Part shown: piece by piece, positions 52,246-64,000 of the stretch
Layout: every line of letters begins with the position of its first letter
Numbering within the stretch: the stretch's first letter is position 1
Source of the DNA: Vicugna vicugna
Lineage: Eukaryota
Direction of reading: 5' to 3'
NCBI GenBank assembly: GCA_013265495.1
Contig: MU061578.1
Span: 691,308 to 755,307, forward strand
Length of the DNA stretch: 64,000 nucleotides
The notes under the pieces: model-generated
The model's input: the letters and a program-made list of their open reading frames with translations, nothing else
Told to the model about the DNA's origin: nothing
The model's database searches: none
Position numbers and translations under genes: made by a program

Positions 52246-55200
52246 TTTCAGTGTGTTCGTAGTTATCTCTGGCGCCAAACTTTGTGAGTAAATGTTAGTT
52301 GCCTATTCATAGCTTTTCCCCATCCCATTTTTATTTCGTTCCCATATTTTTCCTTATGTACATAAACTGCTTGCTGAAAATTTTTGAGTTACAGCGTTCC
52401 CACAGGCAAGTGTATGCATCATAAGTGTACAGACCCCTCATACTCTAAGAAGCAAATTATTACCGAAGTCCCATCAGCCCCCTGGCCTTTTGTACAGCTT
52501 ATAAATCCATTTATACAACAATTATAATTACAGAGAAGTCTGGGAACTCTTACGAAGATGGTGTGGGCGAGGTTTTCTTCCCTGGGGGAAAATTCTCTGA
52601 GTAGATTGACTCAGTGCGGAGTCAAGAGGGCCCTTAGTAAGCGTGATGCTCGAGACCCCTGGTAGTTAATAAGGTTGCCTCTGCTGGGGATGTCTGTCCT
52701 GCCCGGATGTCTGCAAATCCTAATGCATCAGGACCCATGAAGCCTTTGGAAAATCCCTCTGCCCTCCTGCTCTTCTGTTCTCTGAGTCTCAGAGCCCTCA
52801 CTGTGCTGGCCATGCTCGTCCCGTCCCACGGTTGCCCGCACTGCATCCCACGGAGGGGGTGCTTTTTAAGGAAAATGCATTTAGGAGACTGCTGTCCCAG
52901 GAGATCTAGATTGAAGGGTTGGAAAGTCCTATAGGGAGGGAAGTGTATGAATGCCATTAACCCAGCACCCCCAAACTTCATTCTTCCAGGAGCTTGAGTT
53001 TGCAGAACACCCAACCTCTCATGGGTATTGGTTTTGAGAAGAGACTCAGTCATTTACTACGTGTAACTCTTCTGTTCATCTGCAAGCTCCTTGAGGCCTC
53101 CCTCCATATCCCATTCATCTTTGCTTGTCCCCGTGCCTCCCCAAGTCAGCAGGAGCTCCTGATTTTGTCCACAGTAGGGTCTAGATCTCACACACAGTCA
53201 GTTCCAGATGACTTAAGTACATGGACAAGTGGATGAAGCTGAGGGCTGTGGTCCAGCCAGATGACTGGCAGACTATTCAGGGAATCTTCTCTCCCTGTTC
53301 CTTTCTCTCCTCTCATCTTGTGTACCTAAAGTTGCCTCCGCCCTACATCCAAACCGCTAAGAGGGGCTTTCCCCCCTCCCTGCCATCACGTGCAAGAGTA
53401 GAAACACTCCACCCCATCTCTTCCCCTTACTCCCAGAGTCCTTGGACAGAGCAAGTTTGCAGCTGCATGTGGGTGGCAGAGGGTGGGGAGAGGAAGAGAG
53501 TGGGTTTCCCACAGGGGCCATTCCCAATTCTATACCCTTTCTTGGACCGACCGGAATATCACCCTTGAACCGGAAGTAAAGATTGACTGACTACTGTCTG
53601 GAATTCTCTGCGTGTTCTCCACTGGCCACCAGCCAGCCTGTTTCGTAGATTCTACCACATCCTTCTCTCACAATGCTGGTAAAATGCTAGGATTGTAACT
53701 ACCAAGCCAGAAAGATGTTATCTTTCGATTTGTGTCTGAGAAGGCCATATAGGTTATCCTTAACCTTTTTCGAAACCTGTCCTTGAAGACACATCACACA
53801 GCTGTACCTAACTTTCCGCTTGCCGGCCCCCAGCACCCATGTTTCCTGGCCAGTGTTTCAGCTCATGCGGTTGATTTGCAGAGAGGTGTCAAACCTCCAT
53901 GGGGAAAGTGGGGGGGTCCTAACACCATCAAAGGTCAGGAGTAATACGATACGGGATGCTGGCTTCAGAACCGGGGAGAAAACGAGCCAGCAAGCATGCC
54001 TGTGACTCCGACTCTGTCTTGCTACCGTTCAGATATGAAGTTTTCAGAGGAACACCCTGGATGGTGAAATAAAGAAAACGAAAAAAACTCACAATCTGGC
54101 AGAGCAGCTGGCCGCCTGTGTGAGAAGACGCGGTAATTATGCTGACCCATTCATTATCCTCGGCTGCGGCGCAGACTGAGCGAGACAAGATCCCTCTCAG
54201 CGACAAGCAGGTTTTACAATAATTCTTGGAGGATTTAGATGTTGAGATAGAACATGAAACAGAAGCTCGGCAGTAGAGCCAGGGGAACGCAAGCTGCTAA
54301 AAGGGCAGAGGCAGGATTCCACTTCGGACCTCATTTGCTGCAGGAGGAAATAATCTTTCTGATGCAGGATAAGGTGTTTGCGGGTCTTAACACCAGGCTC
54401 CTTGGGCTCCTCCTAGCAGGGCACATGAGAGGGATTCTCATGCTGTGAAAGGGACATGGGAAGGACTGCACATGAACTTCCTGGGAGGCCAAGTGCCCTT
54501 GGGTAAAACGAGGAGGGTCCAGGCAGTGCATGCTTAGGGAAGAGGCTTCGTGGAGAAAGCCTGTGGGTCTCCCAGGTGGCTGGTTTGCTCAGCTGTCCCC
54601 TTCTTGTTGCCAGCCTAGAGCTGGCCAAGGGGTCTCTGTGTGAAGTCTCTAGTTAGTCTCCTTCTTAAGAGCTGCTGTGACCCTTCTGGGTTGTACGAGT
54701 AATCAAGTAGCCTGGATCACAGAAATGAAGGACAAAGACTCTCACCATTGCTAGAATGCAAGCTCCAGGAGGGCAGGGCTCTCAATCTGTTCTGCTCTTT
54801 GATCTAGAAGATTGCCTGGCACAGTGCAGGTATCAGCTACCTAACACCATACCTGGACGTCTTTTGATAGCAAACCAAGGTTACTCTCCTTCTTTCACCT
54901 TCCATACCACTCTCCTTTATGCAAAGTATCCTGCCCACGATTTGCAGATAAACAACATGCAAATGACCCCACTGGATCTCCATCATGACTGGCTGACAAC
55001 CCAGCCAATCTCAGTCTCTGAATACAATAAATGTGTGCAACAAGGAACAATGGAAAATAGCAACCCTTATAATTCCTAACTCGCCTGCTTTGAAGCTGTG
55101 CCTCCACCATCTCCACTAGGGGATTTTCCCCCCTGTGACTGGTTTTGGACAGTATGGCTCTCTTCTCTTGCCACTAAGACTGAAGGTTAATTTCAAGGGC

Positions 55201-58200
55201 AGGAACCCTCAACTGTTTGGCAGGCTTCCTTTAGACTCACATAGGATGGTAGGAACTGATTTATTATTATTATTTTTTCCTTGCCTACCAGGTGTGCTGG
55301 CCTTAGATGCTGGGACACAGTTAACTGCATATTTGAAGCAAATCCTTGGGCAGATGATTCAGATATAGATTCAACAAAATGAAAATGACTTTATGCTTGA
55401 ACTATGTAGAAAGAAGACATCTTAATTATGTGCTCACATTGTGATGTGACATGTATCTTTTGTTGAGTGAAAGTTACCATGTTATCCATCAATGCCCCAG
55501 TTCGGGAGTTTGGATTCAGTAAGTGGGCATAAACGTTTAATAAGTCCAATGCAAAATGCCAGGCGGAAGCTCACAGTGTCCTCTCTATTTCTGGGACGGA
55601 GTAAATCAATGCTAATAAAAGTCACCCACCTGTCACCCTGTCCAATATTTGTAAATGCCTCTTTGTTAATTAAAGAACAATACTAGAAAGCAAAGACACT
55701 AAATTATAGGCATTTCTGAACCCCTACGCTGATTCGATTTTTTTTTCTAGTTGAACTTCAAGCTAATAAGCATGTATACAGACCATCAGTGGGAAACAAT
55801 GGAAAGTATTCAGGTTCCTACGTGGATACAGTATAAATCCTTAGTTCTTGGCGTAAGGGAGACCAGGGAGGGGAAAAAAAACCATAGGTTCATTATACTG
55901 GAAAGGTTCCCTCTTAAACCTGATCCAGCATGAATCAAAGTGAAAAATCTGGTATCACTGCAACGAAAATTGGATTTAGCTCATAAGCTAAAGATGAGTT
56001 TCTCTCAAAGAAAACAGGGCAAGAGCTTCTGGAGCAAGTACCAGTGGCACATCTTGTTGGCACACCGACATTCCCAGCCCACCCACTCCCAACCTTCAGC
56101 GAGATTTATACCCGGAGCATATTTTGAGGAGGTTAGCCGAGTAACCATCTCAGTTCTTGGGAATAAGGAGTTCTCCACTGTGGAACTCAATGAAACGGAA
56201 ACTTCAGGGATGTAACAAGAGGCATGCTGTGATGTGCTCAAGTATCAAGTCAAATCAACATTTTTAAACGGAAGATGTGTGGGTGTATCAACCAGCCAAA
56301 TGGGCCATTTACCAAAGTGTCAACTGCTTATTGCCTGTCTCCCCCTCGAAGACAAAGCCCCCGCCTCCTATGAGCTCCACGTTCAGTGTATTTACAGTGA
56401 TGAACGTGTGTTCTCCCCCTCCATCTCTTTTACGAATGTGGTGCTTACCTTAGAAAATAAACACAAATGAGATCATCTCAGCAGCCCGGAAATCCCAAGA
56501 GAAGAAACACAAAACCAGTGGAAAATACTTGAGGGTTATAAACTGCATATTAAAGTTTTAGAGCTCTGGGAGAGATGTAAGAGTAGCAGATGCAAAACCC
56601 GACAGGGGGGCAGATTCTGCATCAAAGCCATAAAAATATACAACTGCTTTAACGGGCAATTATTCTTTGCGTTTGTGCGTGGGTTTGAATTTGCATGAGG
56701 TTGCCAGATGCCCTGAAAAGGTGTGCCATTAGAATGGATGTGAGGGGGGAGCTCTCTCTCTTTGTCCGCTCTTCCTCTCCTTTGCTTCAGAAATGCTGGG
56801 TCCCCCCCACCTCTGAAATCTTTTAAAACTGAGACATGTTTGTGTGCATTTGGGGTTGAATTGTTCCGTGGGTAATTTACGGTAGGAAATACACGCTTAC
56901 ACAATTCTGGGGGTGCAGATGTGGTTTCAACAGCAGGTTCACGGTTCTGCAGGACTACCCCTTGAGAGAACTCTCGTACCATGTGCCGGACAATAAATTA
57001 CGAAGTGGCCTAATAGGTAACATGCCGAGGCGAAATAAGCAGCCAGCTCCAGCTCAATTCAGAGGCAGAGCACTGTGGGATACACGTCACAAGGGATTGT
57101 CAAAAAAAAAAAAGCCTAAACCCAATGGTTTTTTTCCAAATGGCAAAAATGCTTGTGGATTTTTTTTCAAGACAAATCTCAAATAAAGGCACTTAAATTG
57201 GTTTATGACACAATTTATGCACAGCTAGGTCACTGTCTTTAAATGACGTTAAATGGAAACCTTAGTACGATGGAGTATATTTAGTTCTAGGTCAAAACAA
57301 AAATGGGAAGGCTCTTGGTTTTGTTAAAATTCAGTAATTTTCAAGGTTCGAGGCTAAAAAGGGAGTATTCCATCCATGCAGTCTCTACAAAGACCCCAAC
57401 GGCCACTTAATGTGTTGGACTCTCTGGTTCTCATATGTATATATATTTATCCCTGAAATGCACATTTGGCATCGGCTCTTGTTTCATTTTAAAATGCGTG
57501 TGGATATTAAATACTGCTGTTTAGAAGTGAATAAATCTACATTTTGGACAAACCGTTCCTTATAGGACATCCTCATTTGAAATGCATTGAATAGGAAAAC
57601 AAAAATTTCTAATTAATGTACAAGTCTAATCACCATTCTCCACATGGAAGAGTCATTTTTCACTGTTCATTTGCTCGGTTTAATCTCAAAACTGACATAA
57701 CAGAAACGCAATGTCCTATAAATCTCCGCTCATTTGTTTCTTTAATATTCATATTCCATTGAACGGCAGCTGCTTGTTGCGGCCGCCTATTACAACTTGC
57801 AAAAGTGTCGATAAAAATATTATGAAAGGCAAGATGTGTTTCTTCCTGGCTGCACGTGCCATTTATTTGGGGAAAGACAATAAATGGCTTGTGGATTGTC
57901 CCCCCGGCCTGCTGCTTGGTGGGTGATTAGTGATTAATTACCTGGCAGCAAATTGACATGGCACAAGGAAATTGACACAGCCCTGATTAATTAACTTTTT
58001 ATGGGCGGTAGTTACTCACAAAACATTGCGCACCATAATTGAATCTCTTTACATAACGTCATGGTACAAAAGTTTTAGTCAAATCCAAATTAGGCAGAAG
58101 TTTCTAGGCTGTTACAGGTCTGATTAGGATGCATAGAAGGCATTGGCAAGAACTTGAACTTGGAGAGAGATGCGCATGTTTCAAAGGGAAAAAAGAGAAA

Positions 58201-58259
58201 AAGATGGTGACACTGTGCTGGCCTGATTGCCTAAGAATTTATTGACCAGAATCTTTACT

Positions 58260-59185
58260 GTAAAAGGCTAAAATGACTCATTTTCCTCCAGCCTCCTCTG
58301 GCCACTGCTTCTCAATTCTGAAAGTTCTTGCCTTTTCCAGCCTCTAAAAGTTGAGCTGATTCCCTAATTCAGTTCTTGGTTCCAATATCACCTTCTCCCC
58401 CAAAGGCTTTTCCTTTCAGTGTTACCCCATAGCTCCCAAAGCCACTGCTGTCACTATCATATTGTTAGGTATTTAGGTAAGTGGGGGCACTGGCAGGATA
58501 GGTGGAGGAGGAGAATGGTCTGAAGGTGCCATTCTGTCTGCTTTCAGCATAAAGGGGCTTTACTTCCTCTATGTGAGTGCCAACAAGAAACCGGCTAGAA
58601 CCCTATAGCAGCAACTGTGTGGTAGCGACAAGGACCTAATGGACACGACCCAGTGCTCATTGTAGTATAATTAGCGTTGTGGTTTAGCTCCCCAACTCCC
58701 AACACCATGGGTTTTTCTGTGTGCATCATGAGTAATGACGTGTGCAAAAGGGGGCGGGCATGACTAAGGATTCCCCGGGTAAAAGCCATCCATCCATCAA
58801 GAGACCACCTCTAAGCGAGGGTATGAGGGGCGAACAAAGACCATTGCTACCCACCCTTGGAGCAGCCTGCCTCCTGTTCTTGGAGGTGAGTTTTCCCTTT
58901 GCTAAACAAACCTTTAAAATCTTTCACTACACAACGCTTCCTTCTTCCGTACGAATTCTTATCTTTCAGGTGAGACAAGAACTGGGGTCTTTTCCCTTCT
59001 CCTTTTGGGGTAACAATATCACTCCTTTTTTCCCCTCTTATCAGTCTCTTACCACCTTATCTGACTGCAACTTTGTTATCTCTCTCTCCCTTGGGGTGTC
59101 CTGAGGACTTTATTTCGGTCCGTACTGTGTCTCCAGGACCCAGAGGATTACCGGGCCCCAGGTAACCACCGAAATGTCTATTGAT
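58260..59185 (+). mobile_element. L2 fragment split by the solo LTR (about 58260-58462 and 59020-59185)
   Basis: 'ctccagcctcctctggccactgctt...ccaatatcaccttctccc' before the LTR and 'gaggactttatttcggtc...ctgtgtctccaggacccag' after it. Confidence 0.55.
58463..59015 (+). mobile_element. Solo LTR (553 bp), probably ERV1/gamma-like class
   Basis: Inverted termini TGTTA...TAACA and a 4-bp direct repeat ATAT at 58459-58462 and 59016-59019. U5-like end 'gaattcttatctttcaggtgagacaagaac'. Interrupts an L2-like fragment. Confidence 0.85.
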
Positions 59186-62100
59186 TGTATTGTCAGATAA
59201 AGTCGGAATGCCATAGCAGTTCTGTTACAGGGGAAAAATGAGTGACAGTTCGCTAAGGTGCTGTTTATGAAGGATGCAGATTTTTAAGAGAACCTGGTTT
59301 AATGAGGACATTAGTGAGGAGGGACTCTGGACCCTCCTCACTTGTCTAAAAGTTCAGGCAGTGATAACTGAAATAACCCAAGCAAAGCCGTGATTACATT
59401 TGGCGAAATTCCATCCTCTTGTACACCATTATTAGCTGCAGGAGGTTCCACTGTGTGAAGTTAACAGCTACTATTCACTGACACTTGCCAATCACCAGAC
59501 CCAAAGAGCAACTCAAGAACTCTTCGGAAAACCACATGAACTACGTATGCTTGTTATCTACACTTTTCTGGGGAGGAGAGGAAGATCGAGAGCAGCTTAG
59601 AAACTCTCCAATGATCCAACACTAGTGAGCACCATGTCATCTATTACATGAGGCAGCTAGAAAGAGGGCATCCCATGTTAGCTCTGGGCAAAAGCTTTCT
59701 ACTTCCACTCTCCCCATGCTCCTTAGAGGCTCTCAGTTTTTACTTGCCTCCTGTTGCCTGGACAAGCTGCTACATCAGCTCCCTATACCCATATAACATG
59801 CCTCCCCGAGACCTTGTCGAGGGCAGGCGGGTAAAGGAGGAGGGTAGGTGCCATTTATTCTGTTCTATATTTATGTTCTGAGATTTCAAAACACCTGGAA
59901 GGGCTTCGCTCCTTTTCTGCTAAGTGGATACAGGCCATGGGATCACTCCTGACTTATGCTCCCGATAAGAGTCCCCGGCAAGCTGTTTCCCCTTCTCCAC
60001 TGGGGTTTGTCTCCACATCTGAATGTGACCTGGCATCAGAGGGGTCACATACACACCAAAAATGTTGGGGAAATGGGCTCTCCCAGCGATGGGGACATGG
60101 TTACACCAGTATGGTGTGATACACACAAACCGAATTACTGTAAAAATAATGAGCTCCTGATGACTAAACTCAACGAGAAATTTTCTCTAAGACTGGGACG
60201 ATCTGAATAAGAAACTTTCAGACTTTTTGAGAGTGTCGCACTTTCTTCTCTACACTATCCTTTGGTTAATGCTGTTATGAAGTATCACTTTACTCACAAC
60301 TTGGTTAGAAACAGTCTCTTTCTTGGAAAGAAAAGAAACGCGTCATCTAGGTTGAAACAATTTCTTAAAAAAGAGATAATGAAGACTAAACACAATGCAG
60401 ACACAGGGATGTATTCTGAGCGGCGAGTCTGGTGTTCCCAAAGCAGACGTGTGTCCCAACTTAACAAATTCAAAAAGCCACAACAAAACCCATGCACACG
60501 GATATTCTTTCATTGCTTAGGTCTTTGGGACTTTGAATGAGGACAGCAGCCTTGGTTTTTCTCTAATTGCCACGTGACTCCCGCTGGCCTCCCGAAGTTA
60601 GTGGCTGTCCCTTTTCTCCAGGTTTCAAATGGCCGGATTAGTGCCACTGCTGCTGCCTGTGCAGCCATAGGCTTTTCCTCTGCAAAAGACTTGTTTGTGA
60701 TCTGTCTACTCACAAGTATCGACATCACCCCCAGGGAAGGATTTTTGTAACATTTCACTCAGCAAAATGAGAATGAATCTCAGTCTTGGACTGTTCAACT
60801 TGAAGGACCTCAGCAGGCACCGATAAAGGTGCTTTCTGCCCTTTGAAGGAATGCTGGAGACACACGAAGCCGTGAGATGCTGAGATCTATTTTAATTCTG
60901 ACGAAGGCATTTACCGTAATCTAGTCATTTGACAAAACTTGTGTCAATTTAGCTTTTTTGGGGGGAGGGCAGCTGTGGAGAAAAAAACAAGGGGGCTAAT
61001 AATTTGTATAGATAGTTACTTTATCGAGTGCATACACACAGTAAAGTTTCAATTGTTAAATCATTCATGATCTAGTGAAGAGCTGGCTAAGACAGTGAGC
61101 TGGGTGAACTGCCTCTCCAGGTAGGGAGCCTGGCAAGTAGGATAAACGAGCTTCCTTATGCTGGGCTGGATTTCCCATGGTTCCCTAGGACCACTGCAGC
61201 TCCTGAACATGAGGTCCTCTGAGGGGGTTGGCAGTGGCTTATGGGATGGGGACGAGATGCAAATGCATCATTCATTTCACTTCCAGCCATCCCTGTGGGT
61301 ACGGCTGGTCAGTTCGTGTTGAAGCCCATCTGATTTGGAGAGCCAGCTTCTAGACATGAAGACTGAGTCCCGATCCTTTGAGCAACACCCCAAGCAAACC
61401 TGGAGGACAGGTGCTATCTGGGCCCAGGCATCACCTGCCTGATATCCAAGCGGGAGCCCTCCCCAGAACCTTACATAGAACAGACCCAAGGAGGACCGTG
61501 CAGAAACGGCCCAGTTGTCCAGGCATTAGACTACCATAAACCTTCCACACCAGCTTCTTTGGTGAACTTTCAAAAGCACCTGGAGAAGATGGCTTCGAGG
61601 AAAGAGAAGTAAAGAATAGCCATTTGCTGGAGGCGCTGCAATGCCTCGAGCAGCCTGAAAGGCTGTTTACACAAGGATCTCGTCTGATGCTACGGGTAAG
61701 CAGGTACTCAGGAACATGTTCATGACAAAGAGACTCGGCCAAGGTCACACCACTAGCATCCCACCGCAATTTAGACCAGCGCTGCCCGAAGCCAGCTCCT
61801 GTGCAAATACGTTGTTGCCCCAGGAGAGTTCTGTCAAACCAGTACTAGGGTCTAGGATTTGCTGGCAAGAAATAATCTCTGGGAAACATTTCTTAGGTCC
61901 CTGTAGCAACTGGCAAGGGTGGGGATGATCTATATCCTTGGGCAGGTGTGTCCATAGACTTGGCTCTCGTATGTTGGTGTGTTTTGTACATAAAAAGCAA
62001 TTAGGTGTCAAGAGCCTGCACTACCTGCAGACCAGACCCAAGGAGATTCATCTCAAATACGCGATGTGTTATTCTGGCCTGGAAAATGGCATTTTGTTAA

Positions 62101-62364
62101 CCCTCCCTGCCGCGTTCTCCAGTGGCAATGAAATAGCTCCTGGCATGTCAGACTTTCTCTATGAATGAAATTGATTTAAGACAATAGTGTTTTTGGAGCT
62201 CTTAGTGAAGCACATGTTTAAATGAACTATTCCAGACCCCTTCCCCTCCAATGGGAAGCGAGCTCGGCTTCTTTTCATGTATCTTTGTACTGTGCAGGGA
62301 GATGTGCTTTTGAAGAGCCATAACGCAAGGGGAGGAAGGGGTTACCTCTGTGGTTGGACCTGGC

Positions 62365-62457
62365 TTTTTTTTTTCCCTCCTTGACAGAGGCACTGGAGAT
62401 TGAACCCAGGACCTTGTGCACACCAAGTACGCACTCCACCACTGAGCTATGCCCCCC
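62365..62457 (-). mobile_element. Short tRNA-derived SINE with intact A and B boxes
   Basis: Reverse complement reads gggggcaTAGCTCAGTGGtggagtgcgtacttggtgtgcacaaggtcctgGGTTCAATCtccagtgcctct...A-tail. Confidence 0.85.
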
Positions 62458-64000
62458 AACCCTGTTGGACCCATTTTTATGCAAGAAGAACCAAAAACAC
62501 CCACCGCCGGTGCTTGAGTTATGTGAGTGTCATTGGTAGTTCTTGCTGCCCATCCTAAGCAGCTCCCTCCCAGCGCTGCAGACTTTGAAAGGGCTTGGCT
62601 CGATTTTACTAAGCCAGGGTCCCTGAACATGCAGACCTGCACCATTGCATCAAGCTGCCCCCCTACCTTTATATTCCAGGAATCAAACAAGATCTTATCT
62701 TTGGCCCCTGCCAATTGCACATTCAGAGTGCTAAGCTCAGAATAGCTTTCTTTCCCCCATTTTAAATCCACACCAGTTCGAGAAAGCAAATGGAGTTCAG
62801 ATGAGTGCTTAGAAAATAAAATCTTAAAATAAGCTTTTCACTCCCTTGAAGAATTTCCCTCTTGCCTCTGCCAAGGGCTGGCGGAAGGTGGGCATGGTCG
62901 AGGTCAAGGAGTTAAATGGGGGGAGCTGCAGCAGGCCGGGTGTTGATCCTCTTAAGAAAACGGGGGCATTAAAAAGTACTTTCTGTCAATGCTATCACAG
63001 GACTTGGGGTTTCCAGGGAATTCCCCCAGAACAACTGCCTCACTGCCTTTCAGAAACGTCTCATCTCCACCTTGTTCTCTGGCTGTGCACGCACCAAAGT
63101 CCCAGGGCAACGTAGTTTATTGTTTTAATATCTGTCTGACACAAAGCAAACCATCCTCCAGTGACTCCTTATCTGTCACATGTATTTCTGTGAAAGAACT
63201 ATCAAGACAAATAAGATGTTTGGGGGCACACCACGGGATGGTAGTTTTTGCAATCGGCAGCCTTTTGCAGAAGTGAGACCCTCATCCAAAAGAGACAAAA
63301 TCTCCCCTTCCGCATGGAGATTAATAACCAAAGCGCTGGGGGAGCAGCTGTCTGAATCGTGGCTGCTTCTTTGCAGATTCTTCCCTGGGAACCACTGAGG
63401 GGTTCAATTAGTGTTTTTGGTTTTTTTTAATTTTCCTGAAATTGGTAACCAAAAAAAAAAAGGGGGGGGAGGGGAGAGGGGGAAACAGACAGAAAGGTAA
63501 CAACCGAGTGGTCTGCGATTGAGAGTCACCCAGAGCAGGCACAGATGTCGCTAACCCAGTAGAGGTGGTGGAGGCAAGGATTGCAAATGCAACTGAACCT
63601 GTTCTGGAAACAGGTGTCCCGGGGGAATAACTGAGTCAACGTAAAAACTAGTTAAACAAAATCTCTTCAAACCACCTGTTAATAACTCAGAGATGTGCTG
63701 GGGAAAGCAGGGTGGATGAAGCAAAGTAAATAGATGGTGCCTCGGGGATGGAGAAAGAATGGTGCCTGGGGTCCACCCATCAGGGGTAGTAGAAGCGGGA
63801 CAGCTGCGTCCAGTGGTGGACAACTAAGTGATCGTTAAGTTGGGCATGTGCTACGATCGATCGAGGTGACAGGCAGAGCACTGCACACAGTAGGTTCCTC
63901 AAGATCTCTCCATTGGGAGGCTCAGTGAGGGAAACAGGGGTTTGGTGCCCAAGTGCGTCCATCTCTAGAGCCGAATGATGGTGAAAGCAGTTATTGAGCT

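Noticed and set aside
62365..62457. Possible tRNA gene
   Set aside because: Has A and B boxes but ends in an A-rich tail, lacks a clean acceptor stem, and has diverged relatives in the window, so it is a SINE.
62202..62789. 195-aa minus-strand ORF
   Set aside because: Reads through the SINE at 62365-62457 (GGIAQWWSAY...SWVQSP is SINE translation); no protein similarity seen.

Overview
Mammalian intronic DNA, most likely camelid, judged from tRNA-derived SINEs with an 'aaataaacctaattacctcccccc' tail and the absence of any Alu, B1, Bov-tA, PRE1 or CAN SINE I could recognise. The whole window lies inside the 3' half of RBFOX1 (A2BP1/Fox-1) on the minus strand. Five short coding exons are readable with canonical AG/GT ends: a 133-nt exon in a CpG island (51522-51654), the mutually exclusive brain B40 (41378-41417) and muscle M43 (35601-35643) exons, a 65-nt exon (30777-30841) and the frame-shifting A53 exon (11219-11271). 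They encode part of the Tyr/Ala-rich C-terminal domain; the RRM exons and the last exons are outside the window. The rest is intron: ancient repeats (MIR, L2, MER3/5/20/33/94, MADE2, an L1 fragment), one solo LTR with a 4-bp TSD, microsatellites and candidate regulatory blocks. Almost all ORFs in the supplied track are spurious. I found no evidence of a new biological system. The best leads are the reading-frame logic and splicing motifs around B40/M43/A53, plus some weaker candidates (7-nt microexon, decoy acceptors, enhancer, RING-like remnant). Repeat families were recognised by eye and their boundaries are approximate.
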